The notes beneath the pieces are model-generated. The model did no database searches, was not told where the DNA came from, and was given only the letters and a program-made list of their open reading frames with translations. From IMG/VR virus record IMGVR_UViG_3300021420_000036, positions 1 through 58,700 of that record: a DNA stretch of 58,700 bases; one strand, 5' to 3'. Shown here in pieces: positions 1-9,305 of this stretch (within the stretch, counting starts at the first letter, position 1; each line of letters begins with the position of its first letter). The position numbers were made by a program, and so were the translations under genes. This DNA is from a virus (lineage: Duplodnaviria; Caudoviricetes).

Positions 1-134
1 GGGGCGGGCGACGGGGGAGATGCTGGCGCGGGAGTTGGAGCAGGTGTCAGCGACACCGGCCAATGGGTTGACGTTCTGGAGCACGAACGTGAGCACGAAC
101 GTATGGGCGCTGCCGCAGTCGGGACCGGGGACGA
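1..134. repeat. Terminal direct repeat (circular assembly overlap), left copy
   Basis: 1-134 matches 58567-58700 except at position 8 (G here, A at 58574). Confidence 0.95.
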
Positions 135-541
135 CGAATGTGCTGGGGTGGATGACGTTTCATGTGGGTTATCAACCCGGGGACAGCAACCGGCTGGGGC
201 GGACCTTGAGTTACCAGGTGAATGCGGACAGCAACGGTGTGGGACCGCTGGTGCGCCATGAGTGGCTGGGGGCGGTGACGAACACGAACACGATCCTGGA
301 CGGGGTGGTGGCTTTCCGCATGGCGGCGCTGGACCGGAACGGCGTGCCGGACACGAATGTGTTCACCAACGGTATCGCACCACGCGGGGTGGAGTGGGAA
401 CTGGCGGTGCTAGAGAGGCGGACTTGGGAACAGTATCAGGGGTTGAGCAACAACCCGGCGGTGCAGGTGCAGTTTCTGACGAATCAGGCGGGACACCTGC
501 ATGTGTTCCGGCAGCGGGTGACAGTGAAGGCCGGAAACTAA
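20..541 (+). CDS. 3' part of the pseudopilin (GspJ/PulJ-like) gene spanning the circular junction
   Basis: MLARELEQ continues the pilin alpha1 helix begun at 58391; beta-rich C-terminus ending FRQRVTV. Confidence 0.8.
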   Translation: MLARELEQVSATPANGLTFWSTNVSTNVWALPQSGPGTTNVLGWMTFHVGYQPGDSNRLGRTLSYQVNADSNGVGPLVRHEWLGAVTNTNTILDGVVAFRMAALDRNGVPDTNVFTNGIAPRGVEWELAVLERRTWEQYQGLSNNPAVQVQFLTNQAGHLHVFRQRVTVKAGN

Positions 542-547
542 AAGTTT

Positions 548-751
548 ATGAGTCAAACCACCGGATACAAGAGAGCGCACGAGTTGGCCGGCGAATTACT
601 AGCGATGAAAGACATGCCGGTAATTCTCGCTATGCCAGTATTTGACATTCCGAGACTGCTACACGCACTGCCGGTAAAGGCAGTCGTTATAGAGGTGGAA
701 GGTGAACAATGTGTTCTGATTTCTCCTTCAAAGACGGTAAACCAAAAATAA
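548..751 (+). CDS. Hypothetical protein (67 aa)
   Basis: ATG ORF tightly packed between neighbours. Confidence 0.55.
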   Translation: MSQTTGYKRAHELAGELLAMKDMPVILAMPVFDIPRLLHALPVKAVVIEVEGEQCVLISPSKTVNQK

Positions 752-758
752 AAAACGT

Positions 759-2024
759 ATGAACATTAACAAAACAGCAAAAATAATAATCGTGGTCATG
801 GCCATCGTGTCCGTCCATTGGATGCAAGCTGCGGTTGCCGGGCAGTTTCTGGTGGACTTCAAGACGGACGGGAATTCGATCACGCTGACGAATGGCCGGA
901 TGGGCGCGCAGACGGAGACGGCGGACCTGGGGCAGGCGTGGGTGGTGGAGTTGTTATCGAGCACGAACCTGATGGGCGGGCCGTGGTCGGTGGTGGACTT
1001 GCAGACTTATCCCAACGTGCCGGTGGGAGGGACGCTCTCGGACCCGGGCGAGGGCCGGATGGGGAGTTACGTGGCGGCGGTGAGCCCGTGCCTGAACTGG
1101 AAGACGGCGGTGGCGTATTTCCACCGGAGCGGGTGGAACGGTTTTGTGTGGCCGTTCACGAACAAGTATTTGATGAAGGTGGAACGGGAGGAATACCTCA
1201 CGATCACGGGCGGGACGACGAATGAGGCTTTGGGCAGTCCGTGGACGGCGACGGAGACGGTGGACCCGCTGACGGATGCGCCAGCGTTCACGGCGGGGGC
1301 GACGGGCTGGCCGTTTACTGCGGACATCGCGTTTCCGTTCAGCACGACGAATGTGGGGAGCCAGCCGGGCTGGACGGTGAGTGAGACGCATTTTCAAAGC
1401 ATCTCGGACAGCGGGCCGGGTGACCCGCGCTACATCCATTACTCGGACGTGTGGTTGAGCAACCCGAACACGATGGCGGCGACGGAGGCGGCGGCGCAGG
1501 CGCTGATTGACACGACGCTCTCCAACGCGGATTGGGGGACGCTGACGAGTGTGTGGTATGGGAGTTGCGGGCCGAATACGTGCGGGGACACGGGGAATGA
1601 TGTTTACCCGCTGCTGGATTTGTTTGGCGCGCCGACGGGTAATGTTTACCCGGATTTGCCGCCGAACTACCCGGATGGGAGCACGAACGTGGTGGAATAC
1701 CCGTGGCAGGTGAACAACGGGTGCGCGGCGGCGGGCTCGCTGTATGTGCCGTGCAACTGGGGCGGGGTGTGGGTGGTGCAGGATGACCAGTTGTATGTGG
1801 CCTACGACCAGCCGGAGATGTATTTGAAATGGGGGAGCGTGGTGCGCGGGCCGGCGGGCTGGACGGTGAACTGGGCGCAGTTTGCCACCAGTTACACGCA
1901 GCCGACGACGAACGGGACGAGCGCGCACCCGGCGGATTGCGGGACGGAAATAAGCATCCAGGCACCGGCGGCGTATGACGGGACGAATTGGTGCCTCATG
2001 GCGGTGCCGAACGCGGGACAATGA
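759..2024 (+). CDS. Putative secreted/exported protein (421 aa)
   Basis: N-terminal basic plus hydrophobic signal peptide (KTAKIIIVVMAIVSVHWMQAAVA); Thr/Gly/Trp/Cys-rich; SSTNLMGGPW motif. Confidence 0.75.
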   Translation: MNINKTAKIIIVVMAIVSVHWMQAAVAGQFLVDFKTDGNSITLTNGRMGAQTETADLGQAWVVELLSSTNLMGGPWSVVDLQTYPNVPVGGTLSDPGEGRMGSYVAAVSPCLNWKTAVAYFHRSGWNGFVWPFTNKYLMKVEREEYLTITGGTTNEALGSPWTATETVDPLTDAPAFTAGATGWPFTADIAFPFSTTNVGSQPGWTVSETHFQSISDSGPGDPRYIHYSDVWLSNPNTMAATEAAAQALIDTTLSNADWGTLTSVWYGSCGPNTCGDTGNDVYPLLDLFGAPTGNVYPDLPPNYPDGSTNVVEYPWQVNNGCAAAGSLYVPCNWGGVWVVQDDQLYVAYDQPEMYLKWGSVVRGPAGWTVNWAQFATSYTQPTTNGTSAHPADCGTEISIQAPAAYDGTNWCLMAVPNAGQ

Positions 2025-2028
2025 GATT

Positions 2029-2235
2029 ATGAGTGAAGAAACTTACACGTTACGAATGACGCTGGAAGAGCGCAGCCGCCTGCTGTTCGCGCTGGGTTGT
2101 CTGGCCGGGCGGTTGTACGACGGAACGAATCCAACCGACCACGAGCATATCATGAAAACCATGGAGCTGGCGAACCGGTTGGGTGCGACGCGTCCCGATA
2201 CGGAAGGAATGCCAACCCCGCGCAACATTCGCTAG
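2029..2235 (+). CDS. Hypothetical protein
   Basis: ATG 4 nt after the previous stop; last gene of the plus-strand block. Confidence 0.55.
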   Translation: MSEETYTLRMTLEERSRLLFALGCLAGRLYDGTNPTDHEHIMKTMELANRLGATRPDTEGMPTPRNIR

Positions 2236-2693
2236 TGGTCTTTGTAGGGGAGTGATGCCGCCGGCAGGTTGCCAGCGGCCACAGGCGGGTCGCCTGTGCC
2301 ACCCCGGTGTGTGCGGGCGCAGTCTTTCCGGTATTTGCGCAGGATGAGTGGACACTTGGCGGGTTGATCGTACAGGAGTTGGGGGAAGGCTTCTTCGTAG
2401 AGGATGGTGTCGCGGTCCTGAATGACGGCGATGACTTCCGCGTATTTGCGACAGGCTTCGGAGAGGAGGACGCGTATGCGTTGGGCGCGCTCGGCCTTGA
2501 CGCCACGGTCCAGGGCGAAGCACAAATCAAAGATGGTGGAGCGAATGCGGGTCTCGCGCTCGTGTTGATCATGGCAGGAGTTGCAGACGGCGGCATCCAG
2601 GAGTTTCAAGGGGTCTCCGAGGTCCATGTAGTCGTCATCCACGTTGACGGTGATGGGCGAGTGGCAGCAGTTGCAGCGGGTTTCTAATTTCAT
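2232..2693 (-). CDS. Zinc-finger-like hypothetical protein
   Basis: Likely start MKLETRCNCC; CxxC...CxxC; a palindromic repeat is translated in its C-terminus. Confidence 0.65.
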   Translation of the reverse strand: MKLETRCNCCHSPITVNVDDDYMDLGDPLKLLDAAVCNSCHDQHERETRIRSTIFDLCFALDRGVKAERAQRIRVLLSEACRKYAEVIAVIQDRDTILYEEAFPQLLYDQPAKCPLILRKYRKDCARTHRGGTGDPPVAAGNLPAASLPYKDH

Positions 2694-2745
2694 GATGCGC
2701 CTTTTCGATTGGTCACGCGTGCTTTGTTTGTCAATTTCAACCTCT

Positions 2746-3567
2746 CTAATCAGGCGCAAAGGTTTCCTGCAAGGCCAAGCCGGGGGTGACGTGGCAGAGT
2801 TGGCGGGCGAGAGCGCAATATTCTTCTGAAATCTCAATACCAATGGCGTTGCGCCCGGTTTCGAGAGCGGCGATGGCGGCGGTGCCGCTGCCCAGGAACG
2901 GATCCAGCACCGTATCACCGGGATTGGAGAAGGACAGTATCAGGTCCCGCGCAAGCCATTTGGGCATCATGGCGGGATGCGGCAGGGTTTGACAGGGCGA
3001 CTCTTGCGCCCGGCTGTTCCCGGTCCAGACATTTGAACGACGGCCAAAATCGGCAATCACGCCACGATCGGCCTGTTCCCGCGTTCGTTTGATGTCGCCA
3101 TTGACCAGCCGTTTGGAATTGTAGCTGAATGGCGCGGCCCCAGCGAATTTGTTTGGCTTATCCACCAGCGGGTTGAACGTGGTGATCCGACCTTTGCCCA
3201 AGACGAAAATGTATTCAAACATCTGGTGGTAGTGCCGGGCGTTGGGAGCGGCCACGTGCACCTTCTGCCAGATCATCGTGTCGTGGATGATAAAGCCAGC
3301 CTGTTCCCGAAAGAATATTTTTTGTTTGCAGGAGGTGAGGGTTTCACTGCCGTCGAGAGTGGAGTCACCCACGTTCCAACAAACCACCCCGCCGGGCACG
3401 AGCACGCGGTAGAGTTCCAGGGCGGTGGCCTGAAAATCCCACTGGCAATCGCCGCCGTAGGTGCGGAGGCCATCGTAGGGAGGGGAGGTGACGCAGAGTT
3501 GGACAGTGTCGGCTGGCAGTGTCCGCATTTGTTCGACGCAATCCCCAGGCAGAATCGTCAAGCTCAT
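2746..3567 (-). CDS. Beta-class N4-cytosine/N6-adenine DNA methyltransferase (orphan)
   Basis: Motif IV TSPPY near the N-terminus; HPAMMP and motif I VLDPFLGSGT, GIEI near the C-terminus. Confidence 0.93.
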   Translation of the reverse strand: MSLTILPGDCVEQMRTLPADTVQLCVTSPPYDGLRTYGGDCQWDFQATALELYRVLVPGGVVCWNVGDSTLDGSETLTSCKQKIFFREQAGFIIHDTMIWQKVHVAAPNARHYHQMFEYIFVLGKGRITTFNPLVDKPNKFAGAAPFSYNSKRLVNGDIKRTREQADRGVIADFGRRSNVWTGNSRAQESPCQTLPHPAMMPKWLARDLILSFSNPGDTVLDPFLGSGTAAIAALETGRNAIGIEISEEYCALARQLCHVTPGLALQETFAPD

Positions 3568-4631
3568 AAATTCTTGACGGAGCGGGCGAGTTTTTCAAAG
3601 TCTTTGTCCACGGCGGTGCGGGCTACCGGGACGACGGCGGCCCGGTCGATCAACTGACCCCAATTTTCGAGCAGCTTTTGCACGGATTGGGGGAAGTATT
3701 TGGCGCGGTCGGCGGGCGGCAGGCTTTCGCGGTAGCGGAGGATGGTGTTGAGTTCCTGCCACGCCGTGGGTTGGCGGGCAATCTCGGCCAGCATCTGCTC
3801 CTCGTAGTTGGACCATCGGCGGGCGGGGCCATAGATGGTGTTGAGGCGCTGGCGGAGGGTGTCGAAGGCGGAGGGTTGAGGGTTGATGGCGCGAATGGTT
3901 GACGGAGTGGGTGCGACGTAGTCGCATCGTTCCGCGATGTCTTGCGGTTTGTCTGCGACTTTACTGCCAAGCCAAGTTATGCCAAAGCGTTGCATGATGT
4001 CACTGGTGGTGAATGCGCCAGTTTCAAAGGAGGCATGGCATTTGCGGCAGACAAAAATGACGGTGATGTCCGAGATAGGATCACCATAACCCACAGGATG
4101 GTGCGCCAGGATGCCAGTATTGCCTTTGCCGTCCTTGGGCGCTTCGGTGTTGCACCACTGGCATACGGTGGGCCGGACGCTTAAACGGCCACCGGGAGTG
4201 AATAGCGGGCGTTCGCCGTTGAGGCTGCGGTTGACCATGCCGTGGGCGCGCTTTTTGACGGTGGCGCTGAAAGCCGGGGTGGACCCATCCTCCTCGGTAA
4301 TCTGCATCCAGCCGATTTCATCGGAAGCAAGTTGATCCAAGGATAGTTGGACGATTTCCTCCGGCAGGCAAAGCATGCGCGACAAGGTGGCGGCGGTGTG
4401 GGGTTGGCCGTTGTCCCGAACCAAGACGCCACGGGGACTGCATTTGCTGGCGAGTTCCAGCAGCAGAATCCACACGGCGAACATTTCCAGGCCACGGGGC
4501 GACGCCATGAGTGTGCGGTAGCCGTCCCCGTCCTGTTTATTGGGCACGAGGACAAAATCCAGCCGTTTCAACTCCCGGGTGCGGTTGTTCTCGTAGTGCC
4601 TGTCCCAGTTGGCGATGGCGTAGAGCTTCAA
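3564..4631 (-). CDS. Phage replication initiator/organiser-like protein with an internal HNH-like Zn domain
   Basis: N-terminus IANWDRHYEN...VWILLLELASK...GVLV resembles phage replisome organisers; central CQWC...AHH...VCRKCH. Confidence 0.65.
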   Translation of the reverse strand: MKLYAIANWDRHYENNRTRELKRLDFVLVPNKQDGDGYRTLMASPRGLEMFAVWILLLELASKCSPRGVLVRDNGQPHTAATLSRMLCLPEEIVQLSLDQLASDEIGWMQITEEDGSTPAFSATVKKRAHGMVNRSLNGERPLFTPGGRLSVRPTVCQWCNTEAPKDGKGNTGILAHHPVGYGDPISDITVIFVCRKCHASFETGAFTTSDIMQRFGITWLGSKVADKPQDIAERCDYVAPTPSTIRAINPQPSAFDTLRQRLNTIYGPARRWSNYEEQMLAEIARQPTAWQELNTILRYRESLPPADRAKYFPQSVQKLLENWGQLIDRAAVVPVARTAVDKDFEKLARSVKNL

Positions 4632-5077
4632 GGGTTATGGAGGTTGAGGAGGTCCACGAATTGCTGGAAGGTCCAGACGATGTGGACGACGTGGCCGGTG
4701 TAGGCCCAGAAGCGGTCGAACACGCGCTTTTGGTCGTCGGAGAGTTTGCCGCCCTCGACCTTGGCTTCGACGGCGAGGAAGCGGCCATTGGGGAGGAAAA
4801 TGAAGAAGTCGGGCATGCCGCAAGGCAGGGTGGTTTTTTTGTCCATGCGGGAGCGCAGGTAAAAGAGGGTGCGTTGGTTGAGCAAATTTGCCATGTGGTC
4901 CTGGAGTTGTTTTTCACTGCCGGAATCTTTTACCGTACCTGACCCTTGCTGCGACGGTAAGGTTGGCCGCGAACTTACGTTCGCAGCTACCGCGCAACTA
5001 GGGCGGACGCGTTGCTGCTCTTCCTTGGACATGAGGCGGAACATGGCGTCGGGAATTTGGTGTTTGGGAAGGCCCAT
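4628..5077 (-). CDS. VRR-NUC family PD-(D/E)XK nuclease (Holliday junction resolvase-like)
   Basis: GMPDFFI...AVEAKVEGGKLSDDQKR motif. Confidence 0.88.
   Translation of the reverse strand: MGLPKHQIPDAMFRLMSKEEQQRVRPSCAVAANVSSRPTLPSQQGSGTVKDSGSEKQLQDHMANLLNQRTLFYLRSRMDKKTTLPCGMPDFFIFLPNGRFLAVEAKVEGGKLSDDQKRVFDRFWAYTGHVVHIVWTFQQFVDLLNLHNP
4965..4990 (-). repeat. GTAG-type REP palindrome family A (copies at 4965, 6231, 19319, 22919, 30151)
   Basis: GTAGCT.CGAACGT.AGTTCG.GGC read on the minus strand. Confidence 0.85.
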
Positions 5078-5283
5078 TAAGCGGTTGAGGGTTGAGGGTG
5101 TTTGGTTGAGGGATGAGCATTCTGCCAGGAGTATTGGATCATGGCGTCGGCGAGGTCAAACGACCACTTGGCAAGTTTGTCGTTGGTGACGCTGGCCGCG
5201 TGCGTTGTCTGGTCCGCTAAAAGGCCGATGAGTGCGGCGGCGGCGAAAAAATCACGGCGGTCGATGGAGGTGGAAAAGCTCAT
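5077..5283 (-). CDS. Small conserved-type phage protein
   Basis: DRRDFFAAAALIGLLA...SFDLADAMI pattern, common in phage early regions. Confidence 0.7.
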   Translation of the reverse strand: MSFSTSIDRRDFFAAAALIGLLADQTTHAASVTNDKLAKWSFDLADAMIQYSWQNAHPSTKHPQPSTA

Positions 5284-5996
5284 GCCTCGATGGGTTTTTT
5301 GGCGCGGGGGAGTTGGACGGTGGCTTTGGTGGTTTTCCAGCCGCGGACGCCGGCGAGTTTGACGCCGGCGTTGAGGGCGGATTTGATTTCAAGAGCGCGG
5401 GGTTCGATCTTGACGCAGCCGGGATGGGCGCGGGCGAGGGCGTGGACATCAAAGACTTCAAACTCCCAAACGGAGGTGACGCGCTGGCTTTCAACTTTTG
5501 CAGGGGCGATGGGCATGGGGTTGAAGCTGCACATCATGGCGTGGTATTTCTGGTTGATGGCGTCCATGGCGTCCAGGTCCGGAGCGGTGGCGAGTTCTGC
5601 CATGCGGTCTTTATCAATTTGATTGAGGCGGTCTTTGGCGGCGTTGATGGCGGAGGTAGCGCGGGCGGCTTCGGCCTGCTGGTATTCGCCGACGATCTGG
5701 GAGACGCGCCAGGCTTCGGCTTTCAATTCTTCGGTGAAGGCTTTGGCGGCGGCATCAATGTTGCGCCCGAATTGAAGGACGGGGTCTTTGGCGGCGACGC
5801 GGGCCTCCTCCACGAGTTTGATGAGGGCGGCGAGTTCGGTTTGGGCGGCGACGGCGCGGGCGTTTCCGGCGGCATCGACGACTTTGCCGATTTGCGCGGA
5901 CAACTCCAGGGCGGCGGCTTTGAGGCGCGCGGCCTGGGGGGTGAAGGTGAGGGACAGGGAGGCGTCGTCCCTTAACATGAGGGCGGTGTCGTTCAT
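5280..5996 (-). CDS. Coiled-coil phage protein next to the recombinase
   Basis: Ala-rich helical body; C-terminal WEFEV.D...EIKSALNAGVKLAGVR pattern. Confidence 0.7.
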   Translation of the reverse strand: MNDTALMLRDDASLSLTFTPQAARLKAAALELSAQIGKVVDAAGNARAVAAQTELAALIKLVEEARVAAKDPVLQFGRNIDAAAKAFTEELKAEAWRVSQIVGEYQQAEAARATSAINAAKDRLNQIDKDRMAELATAPDLDAMDAINQKYHAMMCSFNPMPIAPAKVESQRVTSVWEFEVFDVHALARAHPGCVKIEPRALEIKSALNAGVKLAGVRGWKTTKATVQLPRAKKPIEA

Positions 5997-6982
5997 GGCA
6001 GGGCGGGTTCAGGTTTGAACATTTCAGCGAGGCCCTGGAGCATGCCCGTGCGGCCACGGATGAAGAGTTTGGCGTGGGTGTTGGACAGGTCCGTGAATGC
6101 GCCGATGGACCCGGCTTGGACGGCGGGAAATTCCTGATCCGCCCATTTCTGGAATTGATCGAAGGTGTAGCCTGTCGTGGTGAGGATTTCCGCAAGCTCT
6201 TCTTGCAGGGTGGGGACATCGGATTTGGTTGGCCGCGAACTGACGTTCGCAGCTACCGGGTCTTTGGCGGGCGCAGGTTCCTCGGTGTGCGCGGAGTTAT
6301 CGGTGGCGAAGTCGGTGGTGATGGTGGATACCAAACGAGCGCCGCGTTTGGCCGGGGTCTCGGGTTCGAGGTCGATGACTTCGGCCTGGGTGTAAAGCCC
6401 GCCCATGAGGGTGGGGAAGGTGGAGCGGAGGGCATCGGCTTCGACGCATTTGACGATCATCATGGCGTGGTTTTTGGGGTCTTTCCAGAGGCCGTAGGTT
6501 TTGACGAAGGTTTTGAGGGCGGCGCGGCGGGTGGTGGGGATTTTGTGGCCTTTGTGGTGGACGCGCGCCCAGCCGCCGACGAGTTCGTGGATGGCTTCGT
6601 CGTAGAAATCGCCTTCGGGCTGGGTGAGTTCGCCGCTTTCGCGGTCGCGCAAGATGGTGCCGGATTCCATGCCGTCGAATTCCTTGGAGGCTTCGGCGCG
6701 TTTGAGGAGGGCTTGGTGGGCGGTGATCATGGAGTATTCTGGCCCGTTGCGGCCATCGTAGCCGATGAGGTAGGCATCGCCGGCGAAGGGGTTGAGGTGT
6801 TGGGCGCTGCACATCATCATGAATTTGATGGCTTGTTTGTCGTCACAGAGTTTGCCCTGGGCGGTGGGGGTGCAGCAGAGGTCTTTGACGATCTGGACGG
6901 TGAGTTTGATTTTGTCCGCCGCGCCAAAGGGGACGTATTCCATGGCGCGGGGTTCGGCGTTTTTTACGAGCGAGGTGTTCAT
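5993..6982 (-). CDS. bet: Single-strand annealing recombinase, Bet/RecT family
   Basis: KFMMMC..QHLNPF..DAYLIGY, LVGGWARV, W.DP..MMIVKCVEADALRSTFP..MGGLYT motifs; likely start ATG 6982. Confidence 0.88.
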   Translation of the reverse strand: MNTSLVKNAEPRAMEYVPFGAADKIKLTVQIVKDLCCTPTAQGKLCDDKQAIKFMMMCSAQHLNPFAGDAYLIGYDGRNGPEYSMITAHQALLKRAEASKEFDGMESGTILRDRESGELTQPEGDFYDEAIHELVGGWARVHHKGHKIPTTRRAALKTFVKTYGLWKDPKNHAMMIVKCVEADALRSTFPTLMGGLYTQAEVIDLEPETPAKRGARLVSTITTDFATDNSAHTEEPAPAKDPVAANVSSRPTKSDVPTLQEELAEILTTTGYTFDQFQKWADQEFPAVQAGSIGAFTDLSNTHAKLFIRGRTGMLQGLAEMFKPEPALP

Positions 6983-7145
6983 AGGAGTTTGAGGTTGCGG
7001 AGTTTTGAGGGGGGCTTCGGGAAAACACAGCGCCACACGCGGAGCAGGCATTCAAACACCAAGAGCATGGCAACGCATGCGGCGGTGAAAAACACGACAG
7101 CGAGCGCAAAACCGGTGAGCCAAAACAGAATCATTATGGGGTCTT

Positions 7146-7352
7146 TCATACGCTGCGGACGTGGTTTTTGCGGTCGAGGGCGGCGCGGACTTTTTCGATG
7201 TCGTACCAAATTTCGTGGCCGATTTTGTAGTAGGGGATGAGGCGGCGGACGCGCCAGCGGTCGAGGGTGCGGGTGCAGGGGCGGTTGTCTTCGGCGAAGA
7301 GTTCGGTGATCAGCGCGGGGGCTTTGACGAGCTTGGTGGTGTCGATTTTCAT
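7146..7352 (-). CDS. Excisionase-like HTH protein
   Basis: RTLDRWRVRRLIPYYKIGHEIWYD..V..AL is an HTH_17/Xis-type pattern. Confidence 0.72.
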   Translation of the reverse strand: MKIDTTKLVKAPALITELFAEDNRPCTRTLDRWRVRRLIPYYKIGHEIWYDIEKVRAALDRKNHVRSV

Positions 7353-7537
7353 GGTTTGGGGGGATGGTTTTTCTGCCAGGTGGCGAGGGCGAGTTCGATT
7401 TGCAAACGGCAAAAGGCGGTGAAGCGGCGGCGGGTGAGGTGGCCCATGGCGAGGATGGCTTGCTTGGTATCGGCGCGCAACCGGATGGTGATGCGGTCGT
7501 CAAATACCTTGGGCCGGGTTCGTCGCGCGGTTGTCAT
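7349..7537 (-). CDS. Small ribbon-helix-helix-like regulator
   Basis: DRITIRL beta-strand followed by two helices; first gene after the leftward promoter. Confidence 0.5.
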   Translation of the reverse strand: MTTARRTRPKVFDDRITIRLRADTKQAILAMGHLTRRRFTAFCRLQIELALATWQKNHPPKP

Positions 7538-7562
7538 ACGGTGTGCATGCGGGCGACTCTGG

Positions 7563-7592
7563 TGCTTAAGTCTGACGCGGGCGGCCTGGCAA
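7563..7592 (-). promoter_or_regulatory. Putative leftward promoter TTGCCA-N18-TAAGCA
   Basis: Shares the GACT-TAAnCACC motif with the promoters at 15019 and 55790; the one at 37412 shares TAAGCACC. Confidence 0.55.
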
Positions 7593-7758
7593 TAAAAATT
7601 TATTCACCGGAGACGATTTGTCGGACTTAAGCGCGGATGGCTTGGAAATACTGGACGACGTCAGGCTTGCGAGAACGCGTGGAAAAGTTATTCACATGGT
7701 AAAAATACCTAGGGGGCGGTCGGGAATTGGCGGCTGAAATGTTTTATTGTCGTTTGAC

Positions 7759-7787
7759 TTGACAATGCGCAAGCGCTTGCGTATGGT
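7759..7787 (+). promoter_or_regulatory. Sigma70-type promoter with a palindromic operator in the spacer
   Basis: TTGACA-N17-TATGGT; the spacer contains the perfect palindrome CGCAAGCGCTTGCG (7768-7781). Confidence 0.75.
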
Positions 7788-7820
7788 GGGGGTGACGGTC
7801 AACCAATAATAAAAAAATGT

Positions 7821-7997
7821 ATGAAATGTAAAATCACAATCAGCATGGACAACGCCGCGTTTGAGGATGGGGAGGGGAAACCCGAACTGGCCCGTATTCT
7901 GCGCCGTTTGGCGGACAAAGTAGAGGCGGGCGACGAACCGCCTTTTCTCTATGATGTGAACGGTAACAAGGTTGGCAAGTGCGAGGTAACGAAATGA
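7821..7997 (+). CDS. Small phage protein (58 aa, not in the ORF track)
   Basis: MKCKITISMDNAAFEDGEGKPELARILRRLADKVEAG...DVNGNKVG; stop overlaps the next ATG. Confidence 0.7.
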   Translation: MKCKITISMDNAAFEDGEGKPELARILRRLADKVEAGDEPPFLYDVNGNKVGKCEVTK

Positions 7998-8452
7998 GCG
8001 CAACCACTGATTATCAAAAACAGGCGGCGGATTTTCTCGAAAAGTTCGGGATTAAATTCGTGGCGAAGTTGAGCGACACTAAAACACCACCTTGGCCCGT
8101 CACGAACCGCGAGGTTCACAAGAAAAACCATGGGCATCACTTCCGGGTGATGATCAGCAAGGGAAAGCGTGGGCAAGGTGTGAAGTTTGGGCAGCGTGTG
8201 GCGTTTGATTTTTGGGCTTCGCTGGCTGACATGGACAAAGGCATTAAGACGGTGACGCCTTATGATGTGCTGGCCTGCATTTCCGGCGATGTGAATTGCC
8301 CGGAAACATTCGCGGACTTCTGCGCGGAATACGGCTATGACGAGGACAGCCGGAGCGCGGAAAAGATATTCAAGAATGCTGCCACCTTCGGCAGGCGGTT
8401 GCGGGCCTTTTTCACGCCGGAAGAAATCGAGGCATTGCAGAAAATCCAATAA
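7994..8452 (+). CDS. Hypothetical phage protein
   Basis: TPYDVLAC...FADFCAEYGYDEDSR motif recurs in phage early genes. Confidence 0.72.
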   Translation: MSATTDYQKQAADFLEKFGIKFVAKLSDTKTPPWPVTNREVHKKNHGHHFRVMISKGKRGQGVKFGQRVAFDFWASLADMDKGIKTVTPYDVLACISGDVNCPETFADFCAEYGYDEDSRSAEKIFKNAATFGRRLRAFFTPEEIEALQKIQ

Positions 8453-8453
8453 C

Positions 8454-8609
8454 ATGAAAAAAACGAACACGAAAAACGCGGCGGCGGCGGCTTTGGGCAG
8501 CAAGGGCGGCAAGGCGGGCCGGGGCAAAGCCAAGGCCCGCACGAGCGCCCAGGCGCGGCGGGCGGCAAAGGCACGGTGGGCGCGGTCTAACCACATGGCC
8601 CCGACGTGA
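8454..8609 (+). CDS. Small basic KGG-motif protein
   Basis: NAAAAALGSKGGKAGRGKAKARTSAQARRAAKARW. Confidence 0.65.
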   Translation: MKKTNTKNAAAAALGSKGGKAGRGKAKARTSAQARRAAKARWARSNHMAPT

Positions 8610-8727
8610 AGATTAAATTTTTCAAAGCGTTGCCGATGTCAAAAAAGGCGCTGGCGCGGTGGCGGGCGGAATGGGTTCGGCGCGGCTGGCGCTTGCGTCC
8701 ATCCCGCCGGCGGGAAAGGCGGGACAA

Positions 8728-8952
8728 GTGAAACTTGGCTTTGGGGGTGCGTTGTTCGCGGCGTGTGTCATCGTGGTTTTCGGCACGGCGATATTTTCGG
8801 CGGCCTTTGTCGTGCTTGGGGACTTTCTGCGCGGGGAGTGCCAGCCAGGGAGCGCGGCGGAAGACCACGCGGACTCTCAGGCGATGCGGCTTGGGTTCGG
8901 GTTGGCGTCGCTGTTCGCGCTGCTGTTTGTGTTGCGGTGGTGGCTTGGGTGA
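8728..8952 (+). CDS. Small two-TM membrane protein
   Basis: GTG start; two hydrophobic segments. Confidence 0.45.
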   Translation: MKLGFGGALFAACVIVVFGTAIFSAAFVVLGDFLRGECQPGSAAEDHADSQAMRLGFGLASLFALLFVLRWWLG

Positions 8953-9265
8953 CGAAAACGCCAAAAACGCGAAAATGCCGTTTTCGGGTAAAACCGGAGC
9001 GGCATTTGTCGTTTAAACGGTTTGAGACGGGCGATCAGGAGGCGCGGGCTGTCTTGACATGGGGGGGAAACGAATCATGGCTGGACAGCCCAGGGACGGC
9101 GCAAGGCCAGGGGATGCCGCAACGGGGGCAATGGTTAAAACCGATTTGCCAAAGATTTGCCAGAAATGTGTCTTTTTGTGTCTTTTGGAGTGTTTTGGTG
9201 TCGGAATGAATGGGAGTTGACAAGTCGGCAAATTGGCTGCAAACATTGATTAAAGCCGTTGTTTG

Positions 9266-9305
9266 GCCAGTTTAGCTCAGTGGTAGAGCGCCGGTTTTGT
9301 AAACC
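9266..9305 (+). mobile_element. Probable attP core: 5' half of tRNA-Thr(TGT)
   Basis: GCCAGTT TA GCTC AGTGGTA GAGC G CCGGT TTTGTAA ACC, then similarity stops; no T-arm or 3' acceptor; about 500 bp upstream of the integrase. Confidence 0.8.

Noticed and set aside
1-134. Biological terminal repeat of the virion DNA
   Set aside because: It falls mid-gene and its length fits an assembler overlap, so it is treated as a circularity signal only
2746-5077. Restriction-modification system (MTase plus nuclease)
   Set aside because: VRR-NUC and an orphan MTase are routine members of phage replication modules; no cognate REase evident
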